Shown: positions 27,697 through 37,986, numbered from the stretch's first letter. The stretch is DNA of 64,000 nucleotides from an uncultured Candidatus Saccharibacteria bacterium (GCA_964479945.1 CAYZNS010000002.1:13172-77171), one strand, 5' to 3'. The notes: generated by a model not told the origin, from the sequence alone. Program-made: numbers and translations.

Positions 27697-28158
27697 TTAT
27701 ACCTCCCGCACTTTGTGCGAAAGAATAGTATTCAAATCCTTAAAATGAAACGTGCCCTGAATGTTCTTTCCCGCAAGCACGAGTGGCAGCCAATGCGGAT
27801 CATCCGCCCACATATTTTGATACGGGATGCTGTCCAGGGAAAACCATTGCGGGCGCATCTCATCTGATTCCTTGGGCTCTCCGGAAAACGTTCTCGCACT
27901 GAATACATGAATCTCCAATGATGGCGCGGAACCATCCTCAAAGGCAAATGTCAGTATGCCGCGCTTTAGCATGGTATGCGGCGTGATACCCGCTTCTTCC
28001 ACAAGTTCTCTGTGCGCCGCTTCCTCAATAGTCTCGCCTGCTTCCACCTTGCCGCCAAACCCGTTCCATTTCCCCAAGCCAAACCCGCGCTTCTTTAGCC
28101 CCAAAAGAATGTGTGCCTCATCGTGAACAACGCAAAGCGTTAATATCTTTTTATTCAT
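27697..28158 (-). CDS. NUDIX hydrolase (8-oxo-dGTPase/MTH1-like)
   Basis: KKRGFG.GKWNGFGGKVE.GE....AA.REL.EE.G, ESDEMRPQWF, MWADD. Confidence 0.88.
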   Translation of the reverse strand: MNKKILTLCVVHDEAHILLGLKKRGFGLGKWNGFGGKVEAGETIEEAAHRELVEEAGITPHTMLKRGILTFAFEDGSAPSLEIHVFSARTFSGEPKESDEMRPQWFSLDSIPYQNMWADDPHWLPLVLAGKNIQGTFHFKDLNTILSHKVREV

Positions 28159-28432
28159 TATGCTTAAAGCCGATAGCGCCCGGCTCATCCGCCGCTTCCA
28201 GCTTGCCGAACGAAGTTTCGTATCTGTCCACCTGCTCGCCCAATGCGCGCAGAAGCCGCTTGGCGTGCCCCGGACTTATAATGATTCGCTCCACCAGCAA
28301 AGCCCCCGGCGGCAGAATATTCATGAAGTCAAACACGAACTCCTCTTTGGTGTGCGAAACCATCACGTTGTTTGCATACCGGCCCTTCAAAACCTCGTCC
28401 GTCGCTTTGATGTTTAGTTTTTGTTGTTCCAT
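28151..28432 (-). CDS. DUF3467-like protein
   Basis: GRYAN...SHT.EEF.FDF...RIIISP.HAKRL..AL...YE..FG. Confidence 0.75.
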   Translation of the reverse strand: MEQQKLNIKATDEVLKGRYANNVMVSHTKEEFVFDFMNILPPGALLVERIIISPGHAKRLLRALGEQVDRYETSFGKLEAADEPGAIGFKHNE

Positions 28433-28477
28433 AGTTCCAGTATAACAGGAAATACAACTTTTAGTAAATAACTGTAA

Positions 28478-28608
28478 TTACGAAACTCCAAAAACATTGT
28501 CATTGCGAGGAGCGAAGCGACGTGGCAATCCCGTAATTTTCAAGGTATTCACGAGATTGCTTCGCTTTGCTCGCAATGACAATGGGTAGTTTCGTAATTC
28601 AAAGTAAG
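28478..28608. repeat. REP-like element copy 2 with outer TTACGAAAC/GTTTCGTAA arms
   Basis: Same core as 24600; outer arms and TTCAAAGTAAG tail shared with 63527-63657. Confidence 0.85.
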
Positions 28609-28647
28609 GTATTGTCGGAGAGCATATAAGCGCTGCACAGGGGCATA

Positions 28648-28675
28648 TTGACAAATAAACACACTTTGCTACACT
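28648..28675 (+). promoter_or_regulatory. Sigma70-type promoter
   Basis: TTGACA-16 nt-TACACT with extended TG. Confidence 0.6.
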
Positions 28676-28680
28676 GGTAA

Positions 28681-28927
28681 CTAGATTGTTATGGGGCTTC
28701 TCCGTATCCCTCTCCACTCACAACCCCCAACCCCGAGGGACCGGAGAGCCCCGCCCTTTCGCCCCCCTTGACAGTACCTGACCCTCGGTCCTCGGAGGCG
28801 TGAGTTGTCCGCCTTAGGCGGAAGTGAGATTAGCTCGCGCCTCCCCACCCCCACCCCCGCCGACGCTCGCGGTACCATACCGTTATATTCCGATACGGTA
28901 TCCGAGTGTTGCGGGGGTTCTTTTTTT
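28681..28927 (+). ncRNA. Candidate C-rich structured RNA of unknown family
   Basis: Upstream promoter, three stems, C-rich linkers, final stem followed by a T-run; no credible ORF. Confidence 0.5.
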
Positions 28928-28994
28928 GCAAAAAAGCCGACAAGGTGTCGGACTTTTTTTATTTTGAATTGCAAGATGATCCCCTCCTATTATC

Positions 28995-29101
28995 TCCGGG
29001 TGTGCTCCCTCACCAAAAGTTTTGGTGAGGGAGTGTGCCGAGCCGGGCTACTCACAATCCCGCTTTTAGCGGAATGTGCGAAGCTCGGTTAGCCACAATC
29101 C
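28995..29101. ncRNA. Conserved structured motif, copy 1
   Basis: Aligns by eye with 45285-45372, including a compensatory change. Confidence 0.5.
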
Positions 29102-29117
29102 TGACGCTTTAGATTCC

Positions 29118-29468
29118 CTACTTCTTTTTTGGGGGCGACTTCGCCGCTTGCGTTACGTGCTTGGAGATATTCTTCCAGTATCCTTTCAGCTCTTTTGCGA
29201 GCGCGGCCACTTCATCTTTGTCTATGTTCTTTGCACTTTGATACTTTTGGGAAACTTTGTCCACCATCTTTTCGTATGCATCCCCGCTCATGTCGCGCAG
29301 GCCTTCCAATCCGTCCATCACTTCGCCTTTCATGCGAAGCATCCAGCCCTTTATTTTTTTCTTCTGCTTAGGCGCGGCTTTCCCATACAAAAAATACGCG
29401 CCCGCCGCGGCCGCCGCGATTGCGGCTAAACCCAATCCGATACCGCTTGCTTTTTTATTGTTCGCCAT
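29118..29468 (-). CDS. YtxH-like small membrane-anchored protein
   Basis: N-terminal AAAAGAYFLYG TM followed by a basic helical region. Confidence 0.6.
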   Translation of the reverse strand: MANNKKASGIGLGLAAIAAAAAGAYFLYGKAAPKQKKKIKGWMLRMKGEVMDGLEGLRDMSGDAYEKMVDKVSQKYQSAKNIDKDEVAALAKELKGYWKNISKHVTQAAKSPPKKK

Positions 29469-29796
29469 TGTTTTTTTCTTCAGTTATATTGCTATGCTTT
29501 TTTCGTGCCACCGGTTTTCGCGTTCGACCTCTCACCTTTTCCCCCAGAGTGAATAAAACGCTTAAAAATCCCAGCGCATGTTTAAATTTTATGCTTTCTT
29601 CTTTTACAAAGGAACGCGCATCCGCGATATCGCCGCGCAGCGTGTACAATTCCTGTTCCACCACTTCTGAAATACTGCGAAGTATCCGCAACAAACGCAC
29701 GAAATGGTACAGCGCCAAGATAACGGCGCCCGCAACACATACGGCGGCAATTGCCGTTATAAAAAAGAATACATTGGACTGCAAAACTTCACTCAT
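29455..29796 (-). CDS. Small membrane protein (DUF948-like)
   Basis: FFFITAIA..V TM plus coiled coil; overlaps both neighbours. Confidence 0.6.
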   Translation of the reverse strand: MSEVLQSNVFFFITAIAAVCVAGAVILALYHFVRLLRILRSISEVVEQELYTLRGDIADARSFVKEESIKFKHALGFLSVLFTLGEKVRGRTRKPVARKKHSNITEEKNNGEQ

Positions 29797-30686
29797 ATTT
29801 TTACTATATCACGTACCAAATGGTCCGCCACTGTTGATAACACTCTGCGCGGCAGCGCGTCGGCTGAAATATCCTGCGCGCCCAGATCAATCGGGTGGTT
29901 CGCATAATCAACCACGAAATAGTCCTCTCTGTTCGTAAACACTATCTCTGCGCTGAATACGTCAAATCCCGTTATGCTATATATTGCCAGGAGTGTTTTT
30001 TCCAACACCGTCGCCGCTGCATTCTCTTCCGGCACATGTCTCAATTCTTCATAAAAATGATTAACCGGATTCCACCGCAATGGAATAATGGCGCCGCACA
30101 CATACAGGGGCCGGAACCATCCCGCGCGTCCGGCAATTACGGCAGGCGTTAAGAACTCCTGCATCAGCGCGGCATCGTTGCCATTCCCCTCCATGAACTT
30201 TGTAACATCTTCCTTGCGCGATGCTGTCATCAAAACATCATTCTCCATGCCTCCGTATGCGGGTTTTATGACGAACGGAACAGTAAATTCCTTGAGCGCG
30301 CGAGGAGCCTCCCGTTTTGCCTCACTAAGCGAATAGACTATGCGCGTTTTGGGTACCGGAATGCCCGCGGACGCGAAAGCCTTGTGAAGCGCTATCTTGC
30401 TTCCCCACCGCGCGGCTTGCGTTGGATTGTTTACCACGCGCACGCCGCGCTCGGCCAACATCCACGCGATCTGCGCATAGGGCGGATAATCTATGGAGGA
30501 GCGATCCAAGTACCAGCGATACGCAACGCTGCCATTTCTAATTTCTTCAAACCGTTCGCTGATATTCTGATAGGTGATCTCGTCAACAGAAAGCTTGGCG
30601 CTTCGCAACTCTTTTTTCAGGAGTGATACAAAAACTGCGTCTATCGGACTCGCCCACCCGATACCAACGTCATATATCTTTGTCAT
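29793..30686 (-). CDS. ATP-grasp (RimK-like) protein
   Basis: VVNNP, SKIALH...AGIPVPKT, PFVIKPAYGG, LMQEF; start taken at MTKIY. Confidence 0.7.
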   Translation of the reverse strand: MTKIYDVGIGWASPIDAVFVSLLKKELRSAKLSVDEITYQNISERFEEIRNGSVAYRWYLDRSSIDYPPYAQIAWMLAERGVRVVNNPTQAARWGSKIALHKAFASAGIPVPKTRIVYSLSEAKREAPRALKEFTVPFVIKPAYGGMENDVLMTASRKEDVTKFMEGNGNDAALMQEFLTPAVIAGRAGWFRPLYVCGAIIPLRWNPVNHFYEELRHVPEENAAATVLEKTLLAIYSITGFDVFSAEIVFTNREDYFVVDYANHPIDLGAQDISADALPRRVLSTVADHLVRDIVKI

Positions 30687-30776
30687 ACATAAACTATAAG
30701 ACTTTTCACACCTTATTCCCATATTACGAACAGTGTCCGAGTTGTGCATAACCCAATCCCCCACTATACTATCCCT

Positions 30777-33455
30777 ATGGCAAATCCTCCACCGCAACAA
30801 TCGTCCGGGTCCGTTTCTCTGCACCCCGCCTCATTTGCAGGGGTACGCATGCCGCCGCAAAACGTGGAAGCCGAAATGTCCGTTTTAGGATCGCTCATGC
30901 TAGACAAAGACGCATTCAATAAAACCGCCGATATCTTAAAACCGGCTTGTTTTTATCGTGACCAGCATCGGGTTATTTATGAGGCAATGCAGGAATTATT
31001 TGAAAAGCGCGTGCCGATTGACGTGCTTTCCACATCCAACCGGCTCCGTGAAAAAAAGAAATTGGAAGAAACCGGCGGGGTCAGTTACTTAACGCAGCTC
31101 GTGAATATGGTGCCAACTGCGAGCAATGTTGCGCATTATGCCGATATCGTAAACCGCAAATACGTGCTGCGAAGCATTATCTCCATATCGCAGGACATAA
31201 GCCAATTGGGCTATCAGGAATCCGACGACGTAGATATATTGCTGGACGAGGCAGAGCGAAAAATTTTTAGCATCTCGCACGGCTCGCTCCGCCAGCGGTT
31301 CGCCCCCGTTTCCGAAGCGCTGGAAGCCGCATGGGATCGCATAGACAATCTTCAAAAAGGCGAGCATCTGCGTGGCGTCCCCACAGGCTTTACTCAGCTG
31401 GACAATCTTCTCTCCGGACTCCAAAAATCGGATATGATTGTCCTTGCCGCGCGGCCTTCTTTCGGTAAAACGAGTCTCGCACTTGATATAGCGCGTAAAG
31501 CGGCCGTCAAGGAAAACACGCCAGTCGGCATATTTAGCCTGGAGATGTCCACCGAACAGGTTATTGACCGCCTTCTTGCGGCAGAAGCCAATGTGGATTC
31601 ATGGCGGCTCCGCACGGGCCGGCTTTCCCATGATTCCGATGATTTTCTACGCATCCGCGAAGCGCTGGACCGCCTTTCCAAAGCGCCAATTTTCATAGAC
31701 GACGAGCCATCCAATAACATTCTTCAAATGCGCGCGATGGCCCGGCGGCTGCAAACCGAACACGGGCTGGGGCTTATTATCGTGGACTATCTGCAACTTA
31801 TTACCTACCACAAAGGAACCTCCGACAGCTTGGTACGCGAAGTTACGGAAATCTCCCGCGCATTGAAAGGCCTCGCGCGCGAACTCGAAGTGCCTGTGCT
31901 CGCCATCTCCCAGCTTTCGCGCGCCGTAGAGCAGCGCCATCCGCCGATACCGAAATTGTCGGATTTGCGGGAATCCGGATGTCTTACGGGAGATACTCTC
32001 CTGACCAATGCCGATACGGGGAAACGCACCCCGATCAAAGAACTGGTCGGTAAAACAAATATTCCGATATTTTCATTTACCGCGGACCATAAAATAGAAC
32101 GACGCCTTATTTCCAACGTATTTCCAAACGGGAATAAAAAAATATATCAAATCACAACGAGAAGCGGGCGCACCATAAAAGCGTCAGAGAATCATCCATT
32201 TTTTACCATACACGGTTGGCGCGCTCTTAAAACATTGACTGCAGGCATGCATGTTGCCGTCCCGCGCCACATAGCACCAATGCATTCCGTTTCTGTAATG
32301 TCTGATTCGGAACTTACCCTGCTTGCTCATCTTATCGGAGACGGATGTATTCTTCCTCGCCAACCCTTCCATTACACCAGCGCAGATGAATATAATATTG
32401 CCGTTGTAAGCGCATCAGCAAACAAACTTTTTGGCATACAGCCGCGCACGATCCGCCAAAAAAATTGGTATCATATATATCTGCCATCGCCCTATCGTCT
32501 GACACGCAATAAAAGACATCCAATATCAAATTGGTATAAAAAGATGGGGCTTCCTTTATCAAGATCATATGAAAAAACTCTCCCGGATTCTCTATTCCAA
32601 TGCGGTAATAAGAAAATTCAACTCTTCCTCCATCATCTTTGGGCAACAGACGGAAATATATCTTATAAAAATATTCCTGCCAGGAAAACTGCAGGGTCAA
32701 TATATTATGCTACTTCAAGCACTGTTCTCGCAGAACAAGTACAACATCTTCTCTTGCGTCTTGGTATTTTTAGCACTCTGCGGACAATCCCGCATAAAAA
32801 ATACCGGCCTATGTATCATGTATACATAGAAGGCAGTGTCATGCAAATCCGTTTCTGTGAACTCATAGGATCATATGGAAAGCGAGGCAGTATCGTTCCC
32901 GAACTTCTCAAAAAACTGAAATTAATCAATCCAAATACGAATACGGATATCATACCACGCGAAGCATGGCGTATCCTTATTGAACCGATAAAAGAATCTT
33001 TACAGATAAGTTGGCGGGATTTCGCAAAAAAAATTGACATGGCGTACTGCGGAAGCGCTCTCTTTAAAAACGGGTTGTCTCGTAATAGAATGCTACGCGT
33101 AGCAGAGGCTTTTAGTAGCGAACCATTATGTAAAATAGCACAGTCGGATATTTATTGGGATAAAATAGAATCTATTATCTCTCTTGGAGAAGAAGAAGTT
33201 TTTGATGCGACGGTGCCCGAAACCCATAATTTTATCGCAAATGATATTGTTGTCCATAACAGTATTGAACAAGATGCGGATGTCGTCATGTTCCTTTATC
33301 GGGAGGATAGATACAAAGACGACTCCGCGCAAAAAAACGTAACGGAAGTCCAGATTGCAAAACACCGCAATGGCCCCTTGGGCAAAGTAAGCTTATATTT
33401 TAATCCGAATACTATCTCGTTCTCCGATATCGACAGGCGGGTTGAGGAAGTGTAA
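30777..33455 (+). CDS. dnaB: Replicative DNA helicase with intein
   Basis: PPQNVEAE, LAARPSFGKT, FSLEMS, IVDYLQL, SQLSR, DLRESG|SIEQDAD, AKHRNGP. Confidence 0.96.
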   Translation: MANPPPQQSSGSVSLHPASFAGVRMPPQNVEAEMSVLGSLMLDKDAFNKTADILKPACFYRDQHRVIYEAMQELFEKRVPIDVLSTSNRLREKKKLEETGGVSYLTQLVNMVPTASNVAHYADIVNRKYVLRSIISISQDISQLGYQESDDVDILLDEAERKIFSISHGSLRQRFAPVSEALEAAWDRIDNLQKGEHLRGVPTGFTQLDNLLSGLQKSDMIVLAARPSFGKTSLALDIARKAAVKENTPVGIFSLEMSTEQVIDRLLAAEANVDSWRLRTGRLSHDSDDFLRIREALDRLSKAPIFIDDEPSNNILQMRAMARRLQTEHGLGLIIVDYLQLITYHKGTSDSLVREVTEISRALKGLARELEVPVLAISQLSRAVEQRHPPIPKLSDLRESGCLTGDTLLTNADTGKRTPIKELVGKTNIPIFSFTADHKIERRLISNVFPNGNKKIYQITTRSGRTIKASENHPFFTIHGWRALKTLTAGMHVAVPRHIAPMHSVSVMSDSELTLLAHLIGDGCILPRQPFHYTSADEYNIAVVSASANKLFGIQPRTIRQKNWYHIYLPSPYRLTRNKRHPISNWYKKMGLPLSRSYEKTLPDSLFQCGNKKIQLFLHHLWATDGNISYKNIPARKTAGSIYYATSSTVLAEQVQHLLLRLGIFSTLRTIPHKKYRPMYHVYIEGSVMQIRFCELIGSYGKRGSIVPELLKKLKLINPNTNTDIIPREAWRILIEPIKESLQISWRDFAKKIDMAYCGSALFKNGLSRNRMLRVAEAFSSEPLCKIAQSDIYWDKIESIISLGEEEVFDATVPETHNFIANDIVVHNSIEQDADVVMFLYREDRYKDDSAQKNVTEVQIAKHRNGPLGKVSLYFNPNTISFSDIDRRVEEV
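31980..33260 (+). mobile_element. 427-aa intein with LAGLIDADG-type homing endonuclease
   Basis: Begins CLTGDT, ends IVVHN followed by Ser; LLAHLIGDGC and FLHHLWATDG motifs; visibly AT-richer than the exteins. Confidence 0.93.
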
Positions 33456-33504
33456 TCAATTCAAATAATATAATCATCTTGCACTTTTAATTTTTAATTT
33501 TTTT

Positions 33505-34113
33505 ATGTCCTATCCAAAACACATCCAACGGCTCTCCGAACTCTTGACAGAACTCCCCGGCTTGGGCCCGCGGCAAGCCATGCGGCTTGCGTTTGCGCTC
33601 ACTGAAAAGAATGACGCCTGGCGCCAGGAATTCTTGGCTCTCATCGAAACGATGAGCAGCGAACTTGGCGCGTGCGCGCTTTGTTTCCGCATAATGGAAA
33701 AACGCGTGGCGGCGCTGTGCAATATATGCTCCTCCCCGAGCCGCGCAAAAGACAAACTGCTGGTGGTAGAAAAAGAATCAGACTTGGAAATGTTCGAACG
33801 CGCGAATGCCTTTGACGGCCTCTATCATGTTACGGGCGGCACGCTCTCCCCGCTTGAGAAAAACCCGGGCGAGCGTCTGCATTTGCAGGAATTGTTCAAT
33901 CGCATCAAAGCGGACCCGCAGCGCGCATCTTTGGAAGTCATCATTGCCACATCCAACACATTGGAAGGCAACCAGACCGCAAACTATATTGAGCGCATCT
34001 TGGCTCCCCTGCAGATAAAAATAACCCGCTTAGGCCGCGGGTTATCTACGGGCGCGGAGATCGAATATGCGGATCCCCTTACGCTAGAGGCAGCGTTGAA
34101 GAACAGGAACTAG
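33505..34113 (+). CDS. recR: Recombination mediator RecR
   Basis: LPGLGPRQA.R, C4 zinc finger, GLYHV.GG, TRLGRGLSTG.EIEYAD. Confidence 0.95.
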   Translation: MSYPKHIQRLSELLTELPGLGPRQAMRLAFALTEKNDAWRQEFLALIETMSSELGACALCFRIMEKRVAALCNICSSPSRAKDKLLVVEKESDLEMFERANAFDGLYHVTGGTLSPLEKNPGERLHLQELFNRIKADPQRASLEVIIATSNTLEGNQTANYIERILAPLQIKITRLGRGLSTGAEIEYADPLTLEAALKNRN

Positions 34114-34114
34114 T

Positions 34115-34172
34115 CTGCTGTCAAACACTAAGTGTCTGACAAGCTTGTCAGACACTTAGTGTTTGACAGCAG
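34115..34172. repeat. Perfect 58-bp palindrome made of two TGTCARACACTWAGTGTYTGACA units
   Basis: Read directly; overlaps the rplU stop codon. Confidence 0.9.
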
Positions 34173-34467
34173 TAATCTCAACCTCCGTAAAATGCTGGCG
34201 ATGCCCTTTTTTGCGGCGGTGGCGGGTTTTTGAGTGGTAGCGCAGATTTGTTATTTTTTTGGCGCGTCCATGGCGAAGTACCTTTGCGGCAACGTGGACT
34301 CCCGCAACCAGGGGCGTCCCGATTTTCGCCTCCGTTCCGTCTTCTACCAATAGCACCTCCTCAAATGAAAAATCCTTACCCTCTTCCACGGGCAGTTTTT
34401 CTATTTTGAGCTTTTTCCCCGGTTCCGCGATGTATTGCTTTCCTCCAGTTTTGATGACCGCAAACAT
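34156..34467 (-). CDS. rplU: 50S ribosomal protein L21
   Basis: MFAVIKTGGKQY...GHRQHFTEVEI. Confidence 0.96.
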   Translation of the reverse strand: MFAVIKTGGKQYIAEPGKKLKIEKLPVEEGKDFSFEEVLLVEDGTEAKIGTPLVAGVHVAAKVLRHGRAKKITNLRYHSKTRHRRKKGHRQHFTEVEITAVKH

Positions 34468-34542
34468 GCTATACATAGTAACAAATCGCCTGTAAAAGTA
34501 AAGCCCCATGCCGCTGTCCGGCATGGGGTGTTCAGATGAGAA

Positions 34543-35139
34543 TTAGAGGCCTTTAGACATAACACTCGTGGAAGGAGGAGATGATGGCGGAGGTGGTGGT
34601 GGAATAGTCTCTTCCGGCAGCAGCCAATCAATGCCGGCATCAGAAACGAAAAGTCTGATGCCAACTTCCCATGCAAAAAGCTCTCTGCCAGTTGAGTCCT
34701 TCACATATAAGTCAAACTTATAGCCGCCACCAAAACCACAAGTCTCCCCGGTTGTGGTAGCGCCGCCATAATCGGCAATCAACACAAAATGATTGCCCTC
34801 ACCACACGCGCCGGTCACTAGCGGACAAGCGTATCCACACACAGGTTGCCACAAGCAAACACGCTCATCATCCCCTCTTCCCAAAATCAGCTCCTCATCC
34901 ACCACAAAGATTTGGGGATCAACGAATGACATCCCTAAGTCATTACTCAACGTGTCGCCCAAAACCCGAAATGTTCCGCCCGGGGGACAATAAAATTTCC
35001 AGGCATCCCCGTTACGCTGCCCCCGTTCATTTCTCCCTACGTTGGGCAAGTCGTTTTGCCGGCGCACGCGCTCGCCGAAAGACAAGCCGGGGATAGTAAC
35101 TATAAGAGAAATAAACAAAGCCGAACAAATCCATCTCAT
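34543..35139 (-). CDS. Secreted Cys-containing hypothetical protein
   Basis: Signal peptide, GGAGG RBS, Pro-rich tail. Confidence 0.55.
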   Translation of the reverse strand: MRWICSALFISLIVTIPGLSFGERVRRQNDLPNVGRNERGQRNGDAWKFYCPPGGTFRVLGDTLSNDLGMSFVDPQIFVVDEELILGRGDDERVCLWQPVCGYACPLVTGACGEGNHFVLIADYGGATTTGETCGFGGGYKFDLYVKDSTGRELFAWEVGIRLFVSDAGIDWLLPEETIPPPPPPSSPPSTSVMSKGL

Positions 35140-35304
35140 TGCACACCTCCATTGTTGAGATTGTTTAGCATGCCTTCCATTCCAACCAACTCATGCACAT
35201 AAAGGCGGATCCCGCGCCATAATCACCTCCCATTATCAACAAAGCATCTGCATGTATTATGCACATGGCTAGACCTTTGTCAAATGGATCCGCTCATCGT
35301 CTTC

Positions 35305-37032
35305 TTACATCTTTTCCAGAGCTTCAAGCCCCAAGAGATACATGCCGTTTTTGAGAGTTAGCGCCGTTGTGGAAACGAGTACTAAGCGCAACGCCCGTTT
35401 TGCCTCATCCGGCTCTTGCAACACGGAAAACGCATGATAAAACTCGTTTGCCGTACTTGCAAGCTGATAGAGATATGCGGCAACGACATGGGGAGAAAGG
35501 AGCGATAACGCTTCCGCGATTATCTCCGGGTAGCGGAGAATGGTTGCCGCAAGCCGGCGCTCGCTATCTTCAAAGCGTATCCCCCCATACGCTGAAATTC
35601 CTGCAAGGGGTAAGCCGGACAGGCAGTTTTTTCGTAAAATACTCTTCAAGCGCGCGTATGTATACTGCACGTAAGGTCCCGTATTTCCTTCAAATGACAA
35701 TGCCTTATCCCAATCAAATACGATATCCGACTTTCTATTATGCGATAGATCAAAATATTTTATGGCTCCCACTCCGACTTTCCTTGCCGCCGCGTCGGCA
35801 TCGGCAAGCGCGGGATTCTTTTCCCGGATAATCTCGCGCGCTTTTCGTTCCGCATCTTGGAGCAATTGATAAAGCGCGACAGCTGTTCCTTTACGCGTAC
35901 TCATAGCACCTTCCGGCAATGTCATGAACCCGAATTCCACCTGCTGTGATCCCTGAGCGCCATCGAATCCAAGCAGCTCCGCTACGCGAAACAACTGGTG
36001 AAAATGATGCGCCTGGCGCACATCAACCACGTAGAGATTCTTCCAAAAATTCCAGCGTTCGTTCCGATAGTTTATTGCCGCCAGGTCGCGAAGAAGATAC
36101 GTGGTCGCTCCATCGGATTTTATCAAAACGGCCTCATCCAGCTTCTCGGCGGTCAAGTCAACCACAACGGCGCTATCGCTTTTTTTCTCCGCGACTCCTC
36201 TTTTGAGCGCTTCTTCCACGATAGGAAGCATAACCTCCTCATAGGACGACTCGCCCTTATGCTCGTCAAACGGCAGAAGGCCAAGCTGCTCCGCGCTTTC
36301 GGTGAGTTTTTGCATGGAAACCTCTACCATCCATTGCCAGATTTTTCTGTTTTCCACGTCTCCGCGTTCCAGCTTTGCAAATTCTTGCTTTGCCCTTTCT
36401 CTGCGTTCCGGATTCTCCTCAATACGCTTGTTTTCACGCTTATATAAATCCTCCAAAAACTCAAACGGGTCTCCCGCAATTTTTTCCTGCAGCGCGGCGT
36501 CTCCCTGATCTTTGTATGCATGCAACAATATCCCAAACTGCGTGCCCCAATCCCCCACGTGCGTATCGGAAACCGCGTGATATCCTTGCGATAAAAACAT
36601 ACGCTTCAACGCATCCCCGATTGCCGCTGAACGAAGATGCCCGATATGCGGGCGTTTTGCGATATTAAGCTGAAAATATTCAACCATAACCGTTTTTCCT
36701 GCTCCTGCAGCACTGGTCCCCCACGCGTCATCCTGCTCCAAAACGTACTCAATACTTTTTTGTAAATGCGCGTCCGCAATACGAAAATTTAAAAACCCCG
36801 GTGGCGCCACGGATACCTCCCACCGTTCATCTTGCAAATTTCTTGCAATTTCATCGGCTATCTCAAGCGGATTCTTGCCAATAGCCTTCGCGACCAAAAG
36901 CGCAATGTTTGTCGCATAGTCGCCATGATCCTGGTTGTCAGGCGTCTCCACGGAAAACGATATATCAGTCGCCTCTCCCACACCTTGAAGCGCCTCTTCT
37001 ATTTTTTGCTTTATATCTTGCCGAATCTTCAT
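35305..37032 (-). CDS. argS: Arginyl-tRNA synthetase
   Basis: HGDYATN, HIGHLRS, GDWGTQFG, KSDG..TY..RD, MSTRKG, GNTGPY.QY.YAR. Confidence 0.95.
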   Translation of the reverse strand: MKIRQDIKQKIEEALQGVGEATDISFSVETPDNQDHGDYATNIALLVAKAIGKNPLEIADEIARNLQDERWEVSVAPPGFLNFRIADAHLQKSIEYVLEQDDAWGTSAAGAGKTVMVEYFQLNIAKRPHIGHLRSAAIGDALKRMFLSQGYHAVSDTHVGDWGTQFGILLHAYKDQGDAALQEKIAGDPFEFLEDLYKRENKRIEENPERRERAKQEFAKLERGDVENRKIWQWMVEVSMQKLTESAEQLGLLPFDEHKGESSYEEVMLPIVEEALKRGVAEKKSDSAVVVDLTAEKLDEAVLIKSDGATTYLLRDLAAINYRNERWNFWKNLYVVDVRQAHHFHQLFRVAELLGFDGAQGSQQVEFGFMTLPEGAMSTRKGTAVALYQLLQDAERKAREIIREKNPALADADAAARKVGVGAIKYFDLSHNRKSDIVFDWDKALSFEGNTGPYVQYTYARLKSILRKNCLSGLPLAGISAYGGIRFEDSERRLAATILRYPEIIAEALSLLSPHVVAAYLYQLASTANEFYHAFSVLQEPDEAKRALRLVLVSTTALTLKNGMYLLGLEALEKM

Positions 37033-37085
37033 ACAATAACTCTATCTTATTCTCCTCGCGAATCAAACAGGCAAAAAACAAAAGC

Positions 37086-37115
37086 AACAATTCCTCGCGA
37101 TCGCGAGGAATTGTT
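37086..37115. repeat. Perfect 30-bp palindrome upstream of argS
   Basis: AACAATTCCTCGCGATCGCGAGGAATTGTT. Confidence 0.85.
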
Positions 37116-37148
37116 AAACACGTCTTCATAATGTAAATTGAATGTTCA

Positions 37149-37847
37149 TCAAAAAGTATGACTCTGTATTTCCGGGGACAGAGAAACAGGCGTTGCTTCA
37201 AGAGCTTCTCTGGACTTCGACTCCGCCTGTTCTGGCTCAAGCCGTTTTTGAAGCTGGCGATATATATGCGCGGTTGCTACCGTGGTGACGGGGATCGTGA
37301 TAAACAGCCCAACAAAAAACACCAGTACGCCCGCGAAATTCAGCATGCCGGTTGTCAGTATTAACAAAAAAAGATGCCACCGCACTCCCCTGGATATGCG
37401 CTTTGCTTCCGCAAGCGCGGCGAACGCGCCTCGTTCCTGGTCAATAAGCGCATATTGAAACAGCCAATAGGAAACAAGCCAGATCAAACCCGGCACAATC
37501 AGCAACAAGAAACCGCCGAGCACGATAAGCGCATATAACACCGCCGCCCCGATGTAAGAAAAGAATAGATGCGTGGGAGAAAATATATCGTCAAATACCG
37601 GGGTCCCGCCTGCAGTTATACTGAGCGCGATCTTTATAAGCCCCATGCCAACAATAATCTGCGCAATAAATCCAACCGCCATTACTATAAGCCCCAGACC
37701 CAATGTATCGCGATTGCCGATATATTCGGCGGCAAGCGATATGGCAATACTGATGAATACAATCGGCGCAAACAACCGATAGTGCACCTTAAACGCTTCC
37801 CATCCGACGATAAGCGATTCTTTTATGGAGAATGGAGGATCTTTCAT
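37149..37847 (-). CDS. Integral membrane protein (DUF975-like)
   Basis: Five TM helices; GFLLLIVPGLI and GLFITIPV motifs; start taken at MKDPP. Confidence 0.7.
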   Translation of the reverse strand: MKDPPFSIKESLIVGWEAFKVHYRLFAPIVFISIAISLAAEYIGNRDTLGLGLIVMAVGFIAQIIVGMGLIKIALSITAGGTPVFDDIFSPTHLFFSYIGAAVLYALIVLGGFLLLIVPGLIWLVSYWLFQYALIDQERGAFAALAEAKRISRGVRWHLFLLILTTGMLNFAGVLVFFVGLFITIPVTTVATAHIYRQLQKRLEPEQAESKSREALEATPVSLSPEIQSHTF

Positions 37848-37986
37848 ATAGATTGTCTGGAATGTGCCGAGCCGAGCTATCCACACCGCCTGCGGCGTGT
37901 GTAGAGCTCGGCTAGTCACATTCCTTGCCGCATCTCATATTTCATAGTAAAGAATAGTACTGCGTTTCAGGTTTCAGGTTTCGGAG

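Noticed and set aside
28681-28974. 97-aa ORF, or RNase P RNA/tmRNA
   Set aside because: The ORF is a low-complexity shadow of a structured region; no GAGGAAAGTCC or tRNA-like ends.
35580-35630. Palindromic insertion in argS (CLSGLPLAGISAYGG)
   Set aside because: Resembles the mini-element families but is too degenerate to support without an alignment.
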